Positions 51,638 to 52,666 of a stretch of DNA of 52,666 bases are shown here, piece after piece. Under the pieces are notes generated by a model that saw only the letters and a program-made list of their open reading frames with translations, made no database searches and was not told the DNA's origin. The translations under genes were made by a program, and so were the position numbers. How positions within the stretch are numbered: the stretch's first letter is position 1; every line of letters starts with the position of its first letter. This stretch comes from Candidatus Saccharimonadales bacterium (GTDB lineage: Bacteria > Patescibacteriota > Saccharimonadia > Saccharimonadales > UBA10212): the NCBI GenBank assembly GCA_025450575.1, contig JANWHE010000009.1, positions 1 through 52,666 on the forward strand, given 5' to 3'.

Positions 51638-52616
51638 AAATCTCTTCTAGCTTGAGGCTGCCTGTACAAATCACTGTGTCGCCGGCGCCATAATAAATAC
51701 GAAGTTCGCTCTGATCCTTGCCGAGTATAGCTCCGCAGCAGAAAATCGCCTTCGGCAACTTATCTTCGGCCGAAAGCCTATGTAAGTCCTCTACCACGAG
51801 CTGTTTAAGAGTCTCAAACCCGCCGTCGATAACGTCTATAAAACCTATCTTTTCATATGATTCCTGGGGCTCGGTAATTGGCCGGCTGCAGCGCCATAAC
51901 ACTTTTCGGGGATCGTTGGTATCTACTAGGAAAGCGCCTATTCTATAGGTCATTTTAGAGTCCAGCCTATCCACGCCGTGATAAATTACCAGCCAGCCGC
52001 GATCAGTCAGTATCGGTGGCGGCCCAGTCTCGACATATACGGCATCGAAATTATCGGGGCGCTTGGTCAGCACCGGCTCAATTACCGGAGTCCAATTAAC
52101 CATGTCGTCAGACTCGGCTATCCATATATGGCTGTCACCGAAAAGCATGTAGTATTTGTCATTGATCTTTTGGGGAAATATGGCTCCGCCCTTTGACCAA
52201 TCGAGCGGGAAGCCATCTCTGGCGCTTTGATTCCACTCCGGGAAAAGCAGCTTCCTCTCCTTGAAATGAATCAGATCCAAGCTCGATGTCAACGCTGCTC
52301 TGGCGGTCTTCCCGTCAAAAGCCGTATAGGTTATCCAATAACAGCCGTCTATAAAAACGACCCTGGGGTCCTCGCAGCCGGCGCTCTCCCATGGGTGGGA
52401 CGGTGATAGGACGGGAGAGGGCAAGGGATGGAAGTCTAAACCGTTAGGGCTTTCAGCATATCCGATTCTAGAGACCCATTCGTTGCCGATGCCCCTAAAA
52501 AGCATGTGATATCTTTGGCCGTCATAACTTATGGCCGGATTGTAGACTTTTATAGAGCACCACGGTAAGTCATCACGGGCCCGGAGTATCGGATTGCGTT
52601 CATACCGCTTAAGCAT
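51627..52616 (-). CDS. Glycoside hydrolase family 130 (beta-mannoside phosphorylase/hydrolase fold)
   Basis: RYERNPIL, VYNPAI, GCEDPRV, TYTAFDG, IFPQKINDKY, ETGPPPI, IYHGV, IYYGAGD. Confidence 0.9.
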   Translation of the reverse strand: MLKRYERNPILRARDDLPWCSIKVYNPAISYDGQRYHMLFRGIGNEWVSRIGYAESPNGLDFHPLPSPVLSPSHPWESAGCEDPRVVFIDGCYWITYTAFDGKTARAALTSSLDLIHFKERKLLFPEWNQSARDGFPLDWSKGGAIFPQKINDKYYMLFGDSHIWIAESDDMVNWTPVIEPVLTKRPDNFDAVYVETGPPPILTDRGWLVIYHGVDRLDSKMTYRIGAFLVDTNDPRKVLWRCSRPITEPQESYEKIGFIDVIDGGFETLKQLVVEDLHRLSAEDKLPKAIFCCGAILGKDQSELRIYYGAGDTVICTGSLKLEEIFSL

Positions 52617-52666
52617 GTTGGCAGTTTACATGAAAAATCAGATAGTTATCTACAACTTTAGCAGCC

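Overview
A mostly housekeeping chromosomal segment, roughly 55% GC by eye, using standard code 11 (TGA ends gatA, the PilB-like gene and rpoC). Gene content, order and protein style suggest Candidatus Saccharibacteria (TM7, Patescibacteria/CPR); this is an inference. Core genes are gatC-gatA-(TM-HEPN-like ORF)-gatB, dnaE, rplS-rnhB-yraN, pepN, nusA, clpC, radA, a class A PBP, tyrS, murT-gatD, recG-rsmD, tRNA-Leu(TAG), gdhA, hisS, tig-clpP and rpoB-rpoC-rpsL-rpsG-(orphan)-fusA. The window ends in a lower-GC three-gene glycan cassette: DUF1861/MTP (GT108-like), a GT4-(alpha/alpha)6 fusion and a GH130. Most notable observations: (1) the RNA polymerase carries clustered substitutions at normally near-invariant positions of the trigger loop, bridge helix, F-loop and beta link region, and both beta' zinc sites have lost their cysteines; (2) a candidate bacterial beta-1,2-mannan (mannogen-like) synthesis/turnover locus; (3) a membrane-anchored Rx4H HEPN-like protein coupled inside gatCAB; (4) CIRCE operators over the clpC and clpP promoters; (5) pervasive leaderless-type promoter architecture; (6) a terminator in the nusA leader; (7) a 95-nt structured palindromic element after rplS. 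No CRISPR array, transposase, integrase or rRNA was seen. All family assignments come from motif recognition by eye, with no database searches.
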